Below are positions 63,043-64,000 of a stretch of DNA of 64,000 nucleotides, piece after piece. The notes beneath the pieces are model-generated. The model did not search any database, was not told the DNA's origin, and saw only the letters and a program-made list of their open reading frames with translations. This DNA is from Ostrea edulis (taxonomy: Eukaryota): NCBI RefSeq assembly GCF_947568905.1, contig NC_079173.1, forward strand, positions 15,748,001 to 15,812,000, in the 5' to 3' direction. How positions within the stretch are numbered: the first letter of the stretch is position 1; every line of letters starts with the position of its first letter. The position numbers were made by a program, and so were the translations under genes.

Positions 63043-63740
63043 TACAGTAAAACACGTTAATCTTATGTTGAAGTGCTGGGGACTAACAATTACAGTAAAA
63101 CTTGCTTATAGTGAAGTGCTGGGGACTAACAATTACAGTAAAAAACGCTTATGTTGAAGTGCTGGGGACTAACAATTACAGTAAAACTTGCTTATAGTGA
63201 AGTGCTGGGGACAAACAATTACAGTAAAAAACGCTTGTGGTTAAGTACCGGGGATGAACAATTACAGTAAAAAATGCTTAATATGTTGAAGTACCAGGGA
63301 CAAACAATTACAGTAAAACACGCTTATATGTTGAAATACCGGTGACAAACAATTACAGTAAAACACACTTGTGGTTAAGTACCGGGGGTGAACAATTACA
63401 GTAAAACACGCTTATGTTTAAGTGCCGGGGACAAACAATTACAGTAAAAAACGCTTATGTTCAAGTGCCGGGGACGAACAATTACAGTAAAAAACGCTTA
63501 TGTTGAAGTGCCTGGGACGAACAATTACAGTAAAACACGCTTATGTTGAAGTGCCTGGGACGAACAATTACAGTAAAACACACTTATAGTTAAGTACTGG
63601 GGATGAACAATTACAGAAAAATACACTTATGGTTAAGTACCGGGGATGAACAATTACAGTAAAACTTGCTTATGTTGAAGTGCTGGGGACGAACAATTAC
63701 AGTAAAACATGCTTATGTTGAAGTACCGGGGATGAAAATA
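63043..63740. repeat. About 43-bp minisatellite derived from a MITE right end
   Basis: About 16 copies of acaattacagtaaaacacgcttatgttgaagtgccggggacga, matching the reverse complement of 39413-39455. Confidence 0.88.
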
Positions 63741-64000
63741 TAAATATAGGAAGTGTAGTTTTGTTATCAGTGTTGGAAAGTATATGAGGTGAAACTCGTC
63801 ACACGGTCGTATATTTCATGGCACACCTACACGCTCCAGTCAATACGCCGATGTAAAGAGGCTGAAGGTAATGCCACCTCATATACTTTCAAAAACTGGA
63901 AACGATTTTTAGATAAACCACTGTTCTTTCCAGTTTATAATGTTTATTCCTTAATTAATCTACTTAAAATGCATGTTCTTTATTCATAAAAGACATTTAA

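Overview
AT-rich, intron-containing animal genomic DNA, not prokaryotic. The repeat complement (Helentron-associated HINE-like elements with ~166-bp HindIII-site monomers, (ATCA)n-tailed SINEs, Penelope-like 3' ends) suggests an oyster (Ostreidae); this is an inference. By hand-splicing GT-AG exons with phase checks I reconstruct five genes. (A) A + strand uncharacterised single-pass membrane protein with a Cys-rich ectodomain (7878-28906). (B) A - strand GT14/core-2 GCNT-like protein (29177-31053) whose catalytic and substrate-binding residues appear lost. (C) A + strand secreted Cys-rich protein with a Pro/Val/Arg tail (36436-37921). (D) A complete - strand CCDC89 orthologue (40015-48864). 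(E) The 5' part of MIOS (GATOR2 WD40 subunit, 55556 onward, running off the window). The rest is LINE, PLE and SINE fragments, MITEs, HINEs and minisatellites. The most striking pattern is that at least seven tandem arrays are amplified copies of the neighbouring exon-intron junction, placing rows of decoy splice sites next to real ones in three of the genes. Two other arrays are amplified ends of one MITE family. All family assignments are from recalled sequence knowledge, not database searches.
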